A DNA stretch of 63,797 nucleotides, counting the filler, from Lenisia limosa (Eukaryota > Protista > Breviatea), in the NCBI GenBank assembly GCA_001655205.1. It is 19 parts of 19 records of this genome, joined end to end, with 100 filler letters (N's around TTAATTAATTAA, not from the genome) between each part and the next. Parts side by side here need not be neighbours in the genome. Positions count along the whole stretch, not along the records: positions 50,026 to 56,427 come from LPNZ01000107.1; positions 56,528 to 58,511 come from LPNZ01005201.1; positions 58,612 to 59,944 come from LPNZ01002274.1; positions 60,045 to 61,713 come from LPNZ01001428.1; positions 61,814 to 63,797 come from LPNZ01009391.1; 14 more parts are not named here. One strand, written 5' to 3'. Below are positions 51,810 through 63,515 of this stretch, piece after piece. Numbering within the stretch: the first letter of the stretch is position 1; the number at the start of each line of letters is the position of its first letter. Under the pieces are notes generated by a model. The model ran no database searches. It was not told the origin of the DNA and worked only from the letters and a program-made list of their open reading frames with translations. Made by a program: the position numbers and the translations under genes.

Positions 51810-53026
51810 GGACTCGTGGCATCGACCGGCGACAACGCTTGACAGCCTGCTCAATTCGGCATCAAGAGTTCGCTGTAAATCCTCGGGGTGCAAGTGCAGA
51901 GGCTACACACGACCTATGGAAGGGTATGTGCAATTTGCTTCGGTGAAGAGTAAATTTTGTGGTTTATCAGCTCTGAGTTTCACTCCTTTTGCACCATTAT
52001 AGTTCTCAACGCTCCAGAACGGATGTGTCTGAGTGTGATGGGTGCAATCATTCAGCCCTTCTTCACGCAGACCTTCTCCAGGGGGCAAGACGGCTGGTGG
52101 AGAAAGCCTCAAGTCTGATGAGCAAGTTTGTTTTGGGATTATCGACATATCATCCAAAATAATATCTTCAACTCGTGACATGATCATATGGGAACTAAAA
52201 ATATGTGTGTATGTCGCTCCCCTCCGGCAGTCCATTAATCCCGGACATTTCTCCCTTGACTTTGTCCAGGTCAACAGCTTGCAGTGCTATGGAGCCTAAT
52301 TTGCCAAAAACTGCCCCGGTCCCCCAGCCTTCTGACTGTACCCAGGTACGTTCCTCTTCCTGGTGGATCAATCCCCAGTGCTTACGAAGTTCATTCGTCC
52401 ATTTTATTTCCACCCAGCCCCTCCTCGACTACCTTGAAGGGACGAAACTTGCCAAGCCCCCCGGATGGTCATGCGGACGCGGCCCTGGTAGTCGGGGTGC
52501 TTATTATTTTTTCTTGTCTGTGATATTGTTCTTCACGGAATTGGGGCCTGAAGTTACCCCCCCCCCAGGCCTGAATTCACCTATGGAGTTCATGCGGAGT
52601 TCAACGTTAGAAGACAGTTCCGATATTGAAGACGAACAGAATGCGCGAGACTTGGTAAGAGATATAATCAAAAAAAGTGGGGGAAGGAAAAAGTTTCTTT
52701 TTACGTTTCTTCTGATTATTGATGTTAGAATTATTGGCCCCCATGTTCTTTTCATGACTCAGGTTTCGGACGAAAATGCCACGTGCAAGTGCCCCGGATT
52801 TCATTACGGCTTTACAATGCCGTCGCTCAAAAACGTCGGCTGGTATTTAGATAATAAGAAAATCTGAGAGATATGAATTGAGGAGTGTAAACAAAGGTAC
52901 CATATACTGGGGCACCATATCGCGAATAACACCTTGTAGCTTTCGACGTTTTCCACAGCTGACTCTGAGGTGGTTGTCAACGACGTCAAATGCCTGAACT
53001 GTGGCCACTGGTGGGCCAAGTACTAA
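51810..53026 (+). CDS. Short-intron gene with two putative zinc-binding modules (CxC-x2-[YF]...CxxCxH)
   Basis: RCKSSGCKCRGY...SECDGCNHSALLH and ATCKCPGF...VKCLNCGHWWAKY*, with a stop at ~53024-53026. Splicing inferred by hand. Confidence 0.55.
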
Positions 53027-54547
53027 ATCATTGAAAGACAAACCGAATATACCGTCTTAAATAATGATTCAGTTTGGCCTCACATAAGGTTCTCAGCAAA
53101 GGAGAGTCCAGAAATGTAGGTTACTTAATCAGGGGAGTTTTGGATTATTATTTTTGGTCATTGAGTATCATATCACCCTTGGCTGTCTGACACATTAGAG
53201 GGACAGAGTTTCCGAGTCTTTAGTACTCAACGGTACAGCCATCAAACTACCGAAGTTCACCCTGGATTCTGTGGGCTCGGATATGGTTCTTTGAAGGTAC
53301 CTAGTGGCTGCTTTGCACTCTTAACAAAACCATGACCACAGCGTACTCATGCTGCAGTCGAAACAATACCTCAGAGCGAAGAACTACCTTGTGCCCATCA
53401 TCCCAAAGCCAAACACTTTGGACAATGTCAGTTCAAGGGTTGATTGCCTTTTGCTTCAGGAAATGCCATTCTCAGTCTTGTTGACAAGTTCTTTGAAACA
53501 AAATCCTTTTATTTGACGCATCTGTAGGGAGTCTTAGACCTTCCCACTGATGACGACTTCTTCTGTCTTCCAACACCCCCATCATCCTTCTCAGTACGAA
53601 CGCGGTGCAAATTGTTCAAAACTGACCACACAGGCTCAGAAGGTGTCGTCAGAAAGCAACCTGCCTTCCACTACCCCCTTAATGACGCTATTCATGGCGC
53701 CTATACAGTGAGGGGCAATTCCAAATGAACTAACATATTCACCAAATCAACTTTGCAATTGCTGTGTAAGTGGAATTTTTTGGGCTTTATACGTATAATA
53801 TTGAGATGTTCCCTTTGATCAAACACAATAATTGCCTCGACCCTCAGTGTCCCGTCAGAAGAAAAGGGAAAGAGCTTCATCCTGATAAGTTCATATGTCT
53901 TACAACCCCAGGGAAAACGAGATACCGTTTGGGGCCGCGGTGATAAGAAGTCCTGTTTCCTCTGAAAGGGTAGGAGGCTATGCTTTACCATTTTCGAAGA
54001 TATAAAGCCCTTGCCTGCTATCCTTTTAATCGTAGAGTAAACACATATTTGAGGTCAGCTTCACCCAACTGTATTTTACACATTGTAGACCCTCGTCCCT
54101 CAAGCAACCAAAGATAATCTTCACCTTTTTGCTTGGTTGCCAGCCCATGTCAAACGCAAACCAGTAGTTGTGACAAACCCGTACGTTTTTGCTGACTCAA
54201 CTTGTCTCACGTTTTTTTCACATTTCATTGTTCAGTTGATACCCTCATTTTACTTTCAGAGCGGAGTCATCTGAGTGTCTCAGTAGAGTACCAGTAACAT
54301 TCAAGCTTCCATCCTCCTGCGCCCATTCTGTTGATGGCAGCTCCAAGTGGGTAATTTGATACTCCAACTTACACAGATTTTCTTTTTTTTAATGTAACAG
54401 GCTTTCATTGGTGGGCCCTTGCTCCTCAGCAATTCTCTCCATCACTGGCAGGACTGTCACCTGTGAGAGGTTTTTTCTGAATATGAGATATTCAATTACT
54501 TTGCTATTACGGGGATCAATATCATCGTTGTACAAATAGTTTCATTC

Positions 54548-56380
54548 GTGACACCCACCATTCATTCTCAAGATTCCACTCACCCCCCAGGCACGCTAGT
54601 TGGACTGGGTGAGACAGGTCCGAAGATTACCGTTACCCCCCTACTCAATGAGCACCCTGCTATAAGAAGAGCTAAAATCAAAGAAGCCAAAACAAAGAAA
54701 GACGCCGCAATTCAAAAGGAGCGAGAGGCCACTGTCCGAGCCGCGACATTCACTTCTGCTTCCTCTTCCGCTTTTGACAATGCCAACGGTACCAGTTTAG
54801 TTCATATCTCGGAAGTTGCACCTGACCCATCCCAACGATCAGTTATGTCAATGTTCGGGGGTAAGGCTAAAAAACCAAAAGCTGCGAAACCGGTTGAAAA
54901 GCCCTCCCCAGTAAAAACACCCCAGAGAACTTACCCGCCAACCAAAAGAGTTCCCGTCACCCCGGACGATGATGATTTTGAATCACCCCCTCTGGGTGCT
55001 GCTCCTTCAGCCACCCCAGGTAAGAAAACCCTAAATGCTCGCACACGCACCCCTCAATCCAGCAAAGTAAAAAAAGACTCCGTGGAAGCGAAGAAAATCC
55101 CGATCCCAAGTGCCTCGAATGTGAATTTGAGCAAAGCCCAAGGCTTCAATTCTCTGTTTAAGCTAAGGGGAGGGAATAGAGTGAGTATTGAGGAGAGTAG
55201 CAGTGAGGATGAACAGGTGGATAATATGGAAGTAGAGGAGGGTAGTGGTGAAGAGGTTGGGGAAGAAGAAGAAGAGAGTGATGATGATGTTGATGATAGT
55301 GAAGAAGTTGTGGATAACGAAAGAGAACAAAGTGGAGATGAGAAGATCGAGCTGCATCCAAGTGCTCAAGAGCAAGTAGATGAGAAGCCAATTGCGGAAG
55401 GAAAGACTAAAAAAGAAGAAAGCAAACCGAAGGAGTCTCTTGCCAAAAGGGCTATGAAGAAAGCCACGGTGTTAGAGGTTGGAGGTATAGTATTTATTCT
55501 TACCTCATAGAGCAGATAGTTTGTTTAATTCCCCTCATAATGATTCCTCACACAATAAAGGAATCGCGGACAGGGCGACTAAGAAAGAGGGAACCTGTGA
55601 AGTACTTCAATGAGGAACCTCTCCCAATGCCAAGGCTCACCAAGTCTCCAAGTTTGTTGGGTGGAGGGTCATTATGATCATAAGTATGCTGAGGGCATCC
55701 CTTGGGGTTTAGCTCAATGTCATTGCTTCTTTTTGACATTGTTTAGGAAAGGCTAAACCGACTGCTCCTCCAAAAGTGAATAAGATCCAACAGATGTTCA
55801 AGGCACAGAGAAACATCAAAGTGACTGAAGGGATTAAGATCGAAAGTACAGAAACGGACAAAGTTGAAGAAGAAAACAAGAACAATTGCAAGCTTGAAAA
55901 GGAGGATGCTTCATGCAAGAAGAATGGAGGAAAGGCTGAAATTGAGGGAGACAACAAGCCGAAGAAAAAAAGAAAATCCCTGTAAGTGATTTCTTGTACT
56001 CTTCCCAAAGACAGCTCTGACCACACACAGGGTGCCACCAATCAGTCATCTTCCCGACCCGAAGAATCTCACATGGCTTGGTGGTCTGGGGTAGGAATTC
56101 AAATATGATAACTTCAAACCCCTTTTATATGATGCAAAATATTTACGCACCAGTTGGAATGTCAGCCAAGAAACGCTCAAAATTCCAGTGACACCCGGGT
56201 TCCCCCGGGCACCCATGTCCCCTATTTTCGTCGAAACAAACACTCGTGGATCGTGAGCCTTGGGTACACCTATATGGGAATTTCCCTGTTCTACCATTTC
56301 GCGCCTTCACCTTGTAGAGCCTCCGCTGTTGCCTTCTCCAATGGTTCCGTTATCATTGTTTCGCATGATATCTCTCCCAC
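54548..56380 (+). CDS. Low-complexity protein with Lys/Pro-rich and strongly acidic tracts (nuclear-like); continues through short introns
   Basis: 320-codon ORF 54548-55510 with KAKKPKAAKP and EEEEESDDDVDD tracts. Further open segments at ~55745-55981 (KPKKKRKS) and after a 33-nt intron 55983-56014. Confidence 0.6.
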
Positions 56381-58142
56381 AGTACGTCAAAGTATTAAAA
56401 TACATGCTCATTTACCCCCCCCCCCCCNNNNNNNNNNNNNNNNNNNNNNNNNNNNNNNNNNNNNNNNNNNNTTAATTAATTAANNNNNNNNNNNNNNNNN
56501 NNNNNNNNNNNNNNNNNNNNNNNNNNNATGACAATATATAATAATAACTAGATTCTATTCATAATGCAATTGATCTGTTGATCTGTCTCCCAATCCCCTG
56601 CTGAAGACCAGCTTGCAATCGGTCCAAGACAGACCGATAAAAAAATATTTATCGACGATTTTGTTTTTTAGAACAGGAATGTAAATGTGTCAATTAATTA
56701 AGGAAGAACAATACAAATAATGCACATTCTAATTTATCGAGAAATTCAGTCATTTTCGAACGAAAGTGAAGCCCGACTTCCAACCCACCTTGAAAGCTAG
56801 CGGCAGCGAGATGAAGTAAAGCGCCCACACAATCAAGACAATGATGAGGGTCAAGTAGTTCTGGGGGGGGTCAAGACAATGATGAGGGTCAAGTAGTTCT
56901 GGGGGGGTCAAGATATTCCATTTACGTCAAAATCATCCCTCTCACAACTCTATTAACGTCAAAATCATCAGTTGTCAGAAGAGTCACGGTGGGAACATCG
57001 TCCTTGGGGTTTGAAGAGGCAAGGGTAAAGATTGTCAGATGGTCGCACTGGGGGGTGTGAGATTATATATGATATATAATATCTGGGGCTTTCTTTTAAC
57101 AGAGATCTAAAGTCATAAATCCTCCAAATAAATACACAACACCTTTTTATATCACAAAGGAAGGGGAAAAAAAAAAGCACTTTTGGGCTTTTACCATACG
57201 AAAATTTAACAACATTTAGTCAGTATAAAAATCATATTTGTTGTTCTCTTATCTCAATAAATAGTACTTTGAATACACCGAATTTGTCAGTTTTACTCCC
57301 CCCGCCCGACATCGCATCGTGCTAGAATGTCATCGTGACCCTTGAACACGCAGCCGCTGGTGTCCCATTGCTTCGATACCGGGTTGTGGAAGACACACTC
57401 TGTCATGTTTTTATTGGGCAAGTCAATAGGNNNNNNNNNNNNNNNNNNNNNNNNNNNNNNNNNNNNNNNNNNNNNNNNNNNNNNNNNNNNNNNNNNNNNN
57501 NNNNNNNNNNNNNNNNNNNNNNNNNNNNNNNNNNNNNNNNNNNNNNNNNNNNNTAATCGATAATGAAATAATTTAAAACTAAGGAAAAAGGGAAAAATTA
57601 TGAACCAAAACTTAGAATCGACTCTTTAGGCTGCATTTAAACACGCGGTTAAAAACTACAAAACAAACAACTCCCAGGCCAGTCGCTCTACAGCACCGCA
57701 CCCCATCACTCCAGCGTTCGTGAAACGAAGGTAATTTTGATGAAGAGAATTGGGAAAGATACTAAATCACGAAACAGTACTGACAATCCCCCCAACTTAA
57801 TTGAAGACAGCTCGCTTCCAAGATTAGCCAACGGGGATTTTGAGGATTCTACCAAGTTAATTAACTACAAAAGCTACAACACAGTGTCTCCAGATATCAT
57901 AGAATATATCCATATCGATATGTAGAGATGAGAGAGAAAAAAAAAGGGGTTATCTGGCCGAAGTCGTCCACACCATCACGCTTTGAAGAGATATTGGATT
58001 ATAGTATCTGGCCGAAGCCAGCCAGGTACTCTTTGTTCCTTCTCGTTTCTACAAATGATATGATGCATATTCAAAAAATCAAAAATAAAGAAATAAAAAG
58101 TATGCCACACCCCCCTCCTCAGGTCCCACGTTTATTATTTTA

Positions 58143-58433
58143 TTATTTCAAATTCCAGGAGCACCAACTTAGGAGATTTGACGAGGCCTTCCAGCTGCTC
58201 ATATCGGCACATCCGTCGGAAGCTTGAAGTTCCGACACTGCCGCTTCCGACAACTCAATAAAGCCCGCGCTGGCAAGAGAAATGTTGAACCGCCCGGAGC
58301 CATCGACAGAAAGCCGGGACGTGATAAGGCTGAGGTCAGCGGCGGAGAGGACAGTGGCGTTCTCGCCACATACGCGGTTTGCGGAGAGGGCATTTGCCAG
58401 GATTGTCGAAGATTCGGAGAGAGGGACCCCCAA
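58143..58433 (-). CDS. Exon of a probable secreted or extracellular protein
   Basis: GC-rich open segment rich in Ser/Ala with N-x-S/T sites (GENATVLS, RFNISL). No family recognised. Confidence 0.45.
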   Translation of the reverse strand: MGVPLSESSTILANALSANRVCGENATVLSAADLSLITSRLSVDGSGRFNISLASAGFIELSEAAVSELQASDGCADMSSWKASSNLLSWCSWNLK

Positions 58434-58739
58434 GTTCTGTTTAATGTTATTATTATTAACTGAGATAAAAAAATACTTTATATCATCCCAAAAGTTTTAT
58501 TATGACTACATNNNNNNNNNNNNNNNNNNNNNNNNNNNNNNNNNNNNNNNNNNNNTTAATTAATTAANNNNNNNNNNNNNNNNNNNNNNNNNNNNNNNNN
58601 NNNNNNNNNNNAAGATTATGGGTGAGAATGGAGTATTTTTGTTGTATGAAAAAGTGATGCTACCATCATCATCATAATCACCATCATCACCACCATCCTA
58701 ATAACAATATCAACCATCATCATCTCATCATCATCATAC

Positions 58740-59380
58740 CCCTTAGTCGAGGGCACCAGCGACGCCTGGATGAAGATTTCACCAGCATTAGGTGGTACGG
58801 GCTTAGTGGTGGTGATGACGATGTTAGTGTCGTCCCATGTCATCTGGTTAGATTAGAGATAAGTGACAATCTGTTAATTTTATACGACAACCACCACCAC
58901 AAAATTTGTAAAAACACCTTCCCGAACCCCACGAACCCCTCACTAATTCAGATTTCATTAAAAACCAAGTTTTCAGAATTGTATATGTCACTTATGTCTG
59001 CCTTTTGCTCACAACCTTCCCTCTTCCACCAACCATTAAGGGCTCCATGCAATTAATATTTTGAAGAAAAGTGTTACATTACAATATGTCACATAATATA
59101 TAAAAAATAAATAAACCAAACAAGGTTGTATTTGGCCGAGTCCACACCATCACGCTTCTAATATTAATTCACCCAATCATTTGCCTATCTGCGTGCCTCC
59201 CCAGCATACAATTGCGGTGAAATACCCCCCCACTAATTCAGGTAGAGTAGTATTGGAGACCACAAGAGCGATGGTATCGAGAGGGTGCATGAGTTGAATA
59301 GTAACGTTGGCGTTGGGAGGACTTGCAAAAGTCCCATTGGCGCTCGACCGAACTAGGATGCTGGAATGCATGAGAATCGC
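58740..59380 (-). CDS. Exons of a probable extracellular beta-rich protein
   Basis: ILVRSSANGTFASPPNANVTIQLMHPLDTIALVVSNTTLPELV and MTWDDTNIVITTTKPVPPNAGEIFIQASLVPSTK, each with AG/GT borders. Confidence 0.45.
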
Positions 59381-60317
59381 GGTGTTTAAGTTTGGGAGCG
59401 CGGGATCGGAGGCAAAGTAATTTGTTTATGGTATCCCAATGTATTTGTTTCCCTAGATTTCTAATGTATATTGTTTCTCTTGTTTCAAAAAAAAGGAGGG
59501 TGTAAGGCAGGGGAAAGGGGGTAATTGTAATCAAAGGGAGTAGGGGGGGAAATTCATGAAACAAAAAGCAAGAATCTTCTCCACAGCACTGCATCCCATC
59601 GCTAAGTAAAACGAAGGAAATTTCGATGAAGAATATTGGCGTAAAGGTGATAATCAAGAAACAAATAATCTGAAACTCCAAACAAACAAAAAACAAAACA
59701 TAAAAAAAACCAGCAGTAACAAACACGACAAACACGAGGTGACAAAAACACAAAATCATAAACAAGGTAGAGTAAAGATGGTTTCTGAAAACAGAACCAG
59801 GCATACTCATAGTTGTTTTGGGGGGTTTCTTCCTTGAGCTGACAGAGGCATGCCTGGAGCAGTAAAGCGGGGGAGGGAAGAGTCTTAAATAGGAACAGAG
59901 AAACAAAAAAACAAAATTAAAAAAATAAATAGACTTACCTCCCCNNNNNNNNNNNNNNNNNNNNNNNNNNNNNNNNNNNNNNNNNNNNTTAATTAATTAA
60001 NNNNNNNNNNNNNNNNNNNNNNNNNNNNNNNNNNNNNNNNNNNNGATTTTATTCTTCTCAAACAGGGGGGATGGGTGTTGGCTAAATCAGAGATTGACTG
60101 TTCTTATTTGATTTTGGAGCAAACTAAAAGAGGGGATACACATATTTACATAAGGAAATGCCAGATCATATTCATCTTATACTCCCCGTCCGCAAGCAGG
60201 CCTCATTGCGGGGGGGGGAGTTCCCGTATTTACATGGATTCCATGGGATTATTTATAGGATTCCCTTATTGGATCTTCATATTGGAATCCAGATAATTGG
60301 GAATCATGTAATATGTA

Positions 60318-60730
60318 TTGTCAAAGCTCCGGACATCATTCAAAATTCCCGGACACATCAAAAGAAAGTAATCTCAATCTTAATCAAATAATGAAACCAC
60401 ATTCAAGGAAAGTTCACCCCTGTTGAAAGTGCTATTTTTAGCATTTTTTCTCAAAATTCACCATTACAGCCCCAACAAATGGGAACCCGGAACCAATTAC
60501 TCCGAGGAGTGCAAATTTATGTTTCTTAACACTAAAAGAGGGTAAGATTCAGAAAAAAATTCTGTGAAAATGCAAAAGGGGCACCCTTTTGACATTTGCT
60601 CAAAATTGAAAAAAAAAGTGTCGAAGCATTTTTTCAAAAAACACTAGCAATGGCCTTTACAAGGTGTCAACTTCAAGCTGTCCGGGAGTTTTGATGTGTC
60701 CGGGAATGTTGAATGATATCCGAGCTTTGA
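60318..60730. mobile_element. ~410-bp element with ~43-bp inverted termini
   Basis: TCAAAGCTCCGGACATCATTCAAAATTCCCGGACACATCAAAA at ~60318 and its near-perfect reverse complement at ~60688-60730. No ORF inside. Confidence 0.7.
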
Positions 60731-62090
60731 GGACCCACATATGCCTTTTATCAGAAGGCCAACTGTAATTGAAACTAAATTGAGAGACCAGCCACAGTTT
60801 TAAACAGCTGATATGACAAGGAACTTAAATTGCGTCGACGGAGGAAACCAGTTATTTTTGATTAGAGATGTGAAACATTAGAGCATTCAAGATTCTGCAA
60901 ATACCACGCGAAGTCATGACAACATAACATAATGGACAAATGGACAATAAAATGTCACCATGATACTCTAAGATAATCATTCCCAATCATTTGGGAGAGT
61001 ATCTGTAACTTTCTTTATCATCAGTTTCAAAACGAAGAACAAAATTTTTCTTTGGAAAGGTGTGATAACCCAGATTGAATGTATTAAAAAGCAAATTTAC
61101 AAGCAGAAGATATGAGACCACTCAGGCCACTACAAAAGACAGAAAATACGGTGATAATGATCTACAGCAAAGTTTCCACATAGGAGTCCGTGGCCTCGAC
61201 GTGGAGTTCCTGAGACAACTGGCGATGGTCATGCTTCTTAGAGTCTCCACCACGCACAACTGTTTGGGTCAGAATGCACAAAAAAAAGAAAAAAAAAAAA
61301 CCGGTTTGGGATAAAATTTGTAAAAAAACACACATTCATGCTCTCGTGGGTCAAAAATAAAAACGCACCACTATTTCCGTTATTATTTAGGTTAAGGAAA
61401 ACTTGCACGGCAACCCCTCTTCTACAGACAGCCCCCTACTGAAGGCCACAACGGCACCTCCAGTAACGAAGAGAACAGCGGCAGCCAATGTCTGAAACGG
61501 GTAAATTTGGGGTTATGGCAGGGAGTTTTAAATGGCTTAGTTTGGTCAAAAGGTATTTAATTTGGGGATATGGTAGGGGAGAGAGAGAGAGAGAGAGAGA
61601 GTCATAATTGATTAATTTGGTCAAATAGTATTTTTGATTATGAAACTGGTAATTTTGGGGATATAGTAGGGGAGGGGAGTCAAAATGGATTAATTTGGGG
61701 ATATGGCAGGGGGNNNNNNNNNNNNNNNNNNNNNNNNNNNNNNNNNNNNNNNNNNNNTTAATTAATTAANNNNNNNNNNNNNNNNNNNNNNNNNNNNNNN
61801 NNNNNNNNNNNNNCCTTCTTTTGGAAAGGGATCAGATAAGGATATTGCGATGACCCCCACCCTGATCTACGACAGCTCTGTGTACAAGTATTATATAATT
61901 AGAGCTTCCCTACCATCGAAGACTGGATTTCTTGATATCTATATATGATATCCTCGATGAATATCGTTTTATTCTTTCTCATGTTTTTTTGCGATAAATT
62001 GTCACCCCCCCCCCCCAGNNNNNNNNNNNNNNNNNNNNNNNNNNNNNNNNNNNNNNNNNNNNNNNNNNNNNNNNNNNNNNNNNNNNNNNN

Positions 62091-63365
62091 AAGCTCTACG
62101 CCACCGGGATCGGCATGCCACATGACTCGGCCCGGGCTATTATGTATCTCACGGCGGCGTCAAAGGCAGGCCATATTGAGGCCACTGCAACGCTCGCTAA
62201 CCGGTGGGGGGGGGGGTTAGAGTTGTAAGGTTAAGGAATATTATACTATAATCAAATATCTCTTATAAGCGTGATTGATGGTGTGGATGGCTTCGTCCAG
62301 ATAGAACCTTATATTGTTATTTCTCACCTCTATCATATTGATACACTTGTGCATGTAACATACCTAAGGCTTCACTTCAGTTTGCAAAAGACCGGTAAAA
62401 TATCGATAGTTTTCGAGGTTTTATCGAGAAATAGTCAGTGAAACCCTTAACACACTATATCGAATGTGACGTTGTTTTAGGGTTCACACTGGTCGCGACC
62501 TGAAGTCAAGCTGCAGCGAGGCTGGACAGCTCTACCTCTCCGTTGTTGTTGACAGTGGGGCTGGTGTAGATACACACACATTTTCATTCTTCCAATTTTT
62601 CAACTCCGCGTACACAGCAACAAAAACCTCAGATATCAATTTTTCTCGAGTCTTGACACTTAAATTGATTAGAATAACACCTTTAGTGATCAAGGAGCTT
62701 TCTATTGATGCGACCTTCGTTCCCTTCACCCCCTTATCTCTGTCAACCGGGATGGTTGGATGGGTACAGAGCAGCAAAGTCAAACCTTCTCTTTAGGACT
62801 TCACTTTGGTTCGGAAAATGGGAAAATATCGATAGTTTTCGAGGATATTCCGTCTTTTTTTGAACCGAAGTGAAGCCCTACTTCTATTGCTTCTGCAGGG
62901 GCTCCGTGCAATTGAATTTGATTTCGTAATTGAAAGGGAAAATATTTTTTTCATGTTGAATGAATTGCTTGGAGTCTTTGCCTTATGGAATTCGAGTTTT
63001 GATTTTGATGGTCATCATACATCCATACATACAGTACTTACCTCCAAAAAGAATCAAATGATCAATAGATCATTTCAGGGATGTAAAATTAACCCTCGCA
63101 GGGCTCATCTTCCAACGATCACATGATCGACGAAAGCGTTATTGGGTTCCATAAGGATCAGGCTCGAGTTGGCCAGGCGGACTCCCAGGTTGGAACGAAT
63201 ATTGTATTATATGTAATCAAATACCATAATCCTGCCACTGCCCGTTTACCACCACAATCCCAGATCACCGTTTCAGGTCGCAATGGGTGAGCTCCTCCTT
63301 CACGGAATCGGCGTGGAGCAAAACCCAGGCGAAGCTGCCAACTACCTCAACCAAGCAGCAAGACA
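62091..63365 (+). CDS. SEL1L/Hrd3-like Sel1-repeat protein, internal fragment
   Basis: KLYATGIGMPHDSARAIMYLTAASKAGHIEATATLANR, VHTGRDLKSSCSEAGQLY, GQADSQVAMGELLLHGIGVEQNPGEAANYLNQAA: Sel1 repeats in the SEL1L order. Confidence 0.75.
62796..62878. mobile_element. MITE family A copy
   Basis: TA|GGACTTCACTTTGGTTCG...GAACCGAAGTGAAGCCC|TA. Confidence 0.85.
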
Positions 63366-63394
63366 GTGGGACGGGGTGCGTATTAGAGATGAAC

Positions 63395-63515
63395 AAGGAT
63401 AAGGTTGTGGCTGGTCGAAGCCGTCCATATGATCAGGCTTCTAAGAGATATTGGATTATAGTAATCAATTCACCCAATCAGTTGCCTTACAACTCTGCAC
63501 ACGGCTTACTGCGTG
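63395..63515 (-). repeat. Non-TIR dispersed repeat family C/I with a GGC-TTCG-GCC hairpin
   Basis: Composite consensus TATGCTGGGGAGGCACGCAG...GGCAAATGATTGGGTGAAT...CTATAATCCAATATCTCTTATAAGCGTGATGGTGTGGACGGCTTCGGCCAGATACAACCTTGTTT. Copies or parts at ~3955, 10905, 11392, 21865, 33558, 35265, 38025, 43705, 51225, 57945, 59115 and 62250. Confidence 0.8.
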
